Positions 63,314 to 64,000 of a stretch of 64,000 bases of DNA are shown here, in pieces (the stretch's first letter is position 1; each line of letters begins with the position of its first letter). The notes under the pieces were generated by a model, which had not been told where the DNA came from, did not search any database, and worked only from the letters and a program-made list of their open reading frames with translations. Made by a program: the position numbers and the translations under genes. Source of the DNA: Dehalococcoidia bacterium (GTDB lineage Bacteria > Chloroflexota > Dehalococcoidia > Lucifugimonadales > CBDBON01); the NCBI GenBank assembly GCA_965198105.1, contig OZ240240.1, forward strand, positions 797,221 to 861,220. Direction: 5' to 3'.

Positions 63314-64000
63314 CTACAGAAAATCGATCTGCTCGAACTTGCCGTTGACTATCGGCGCGGCCTCCAGCTCGAGGCCCCGTTCGAGTATCGTCGTGTAGGT
63401 GCTCCTGAAGTCGTTGTTGAAGTGGAGGTCGCCCTCGAGCTGGTTCTCCTCCTTCAGCGACGGGTATGCGCCGTACATTCCGCCCTTGACGTCGCCGCCG
63501 ATCACGAACGCGACTCCGCCCGAGCCGTGGTCCGTGCCGGAGCCGTTGTCCTTAATGCGCCTTCCGAACTCCGAGAATATGAAGATGATTGTGTCGTCTT
63601 CCCGGTCGTGCTCCCGGAGGTCGTCGTAGAGGTCGCCGACCGCGCCGGACACCTCATCCCACAGCTTCGCATGAGTGGCGAGCTCCCCCGAGTGCGTGTC
63701 GAAGCTGCCGTGCTGAGTGTAGTAGATGCGCGTCCCCAGGTCTGCGAACATCACCTGCGCCACGCTCTTGAGGCTCTGGCCCATCGGATCGGCCGCGTAC
63801 TCGACGTTCGAGGAGTACATCTCCGGCGCGGTCCGCAGGATGTCCGCGCCCTTGAGCGCGTCCCTGCCCGTCTGCCCCAGGAAGTCCATGACCGGGTCCC
63901 TGCCGCGCTCGCCGCCGTACATCTTGGCGAATGCCTCCAGCGCGTACTTCCTGAGCGCCTCGTCCTCTATGTCGGGGAAGAGGCCGTAGGTCTCCAGGTT
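63314..64000 (-). CDS. DUF1501 domain-containing protein, C-terminal part (gene continues beyond window end)
   Basis: The reading frame stays open to position 64000. FIFSEFGRRIKDNGSGTDHGSGG is the sulfatase-like DUF1501 hallmark. Confidence 0.8.
   Translation of the reverse strand, partial: NLETYGLFPDIEDEALRKYALEAFAKMYGGERGRDPVMDFLGQTGRDALKGADILRTAPEMYSSNVEYAADPMGQSLKSVAQVMFADLGTRIYYTQHGSFDTHSGELATHAKLWDEVSGAVGDLYDDLREHDREDDTIIFIFSEFGRRIKDNGSGTDHGSGGVAFVIGGDVKGGMYGAYPSLKEENQLEGDLHFNNDFRSTYTTILERGLELEAAPIVNGKFEQIDFL

Overview
High-GC, gene-dense bacterial chromosomal window. All calls come from reading the supplied ORF translations and the DNA, with no searches or computations. I support about 58 protein-coding genes and see no rRNA, tRNA, CRISPR array, transposase or integrase.

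Backbone genes:
- A minus-strand DNA-repair string: yebC, ruvC, ruvA, a SAM-methyltransferase, and the uvrB 5' end.
- Two acyl-CoA dehydrogenases.
- A four-gene ABC system with two ~1200-aa double-FtsX permeases and two ATPases.
- A form-I aerobic CO dehydrogenase operon (coxM-coxS-coxL, AYRCSFR signature) followed by an XdhC-like gene carrying a YHS/TRASH tail, plus a second convergent xdhC.
- glnII, lysA, purN, tig-clpP-clpX, a siroheme sulfite/nitrite reductase, and DUF59/Mrp Fe-S assembly genes.
- Two paralogous DUF1800 + NHL-repeat cassettes; the second also has a DUF1501 gene.

Accessory, visibly AT-richer patches:
- A 1087-aa single-chain restriction-modification-like enzyme (PD-ExK motif, gamma-class N6A methylase, C-terminal specificity region) with an overlapping solo MazF/PemK-like toxin.
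- A BglII-family type II R-M pair.
- A vapBC toxin-antitoxin pair.
- A NucS/DUF91-like nuclease gene.
- An orphan STAS gene.

Non-coding structure is rich:
- At least four families of palindromic REP/MITE-like intergenic elements, whose stems differ by compensatory changes.
- Two tandem duplications of gene 5' ends.
- Several near-consensus sigma70 promoters.
- A terminator/anti-terminator leader upstream of the sulfite reductase gene.

I did not find one clear-cut novel system. The best candidates for follow-up are the XdhC-YHS fusion beside form-I CODH, the DUF1501/DUF1800/mini-membrane/NHL cassette, the RM enzyme plus solo toxin, the giant FtsX quartet with an AbrB-like ATPase tail, and the hairpin-element families. 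Product names rest on motif recognition and need HMM/BLAST confirmation.
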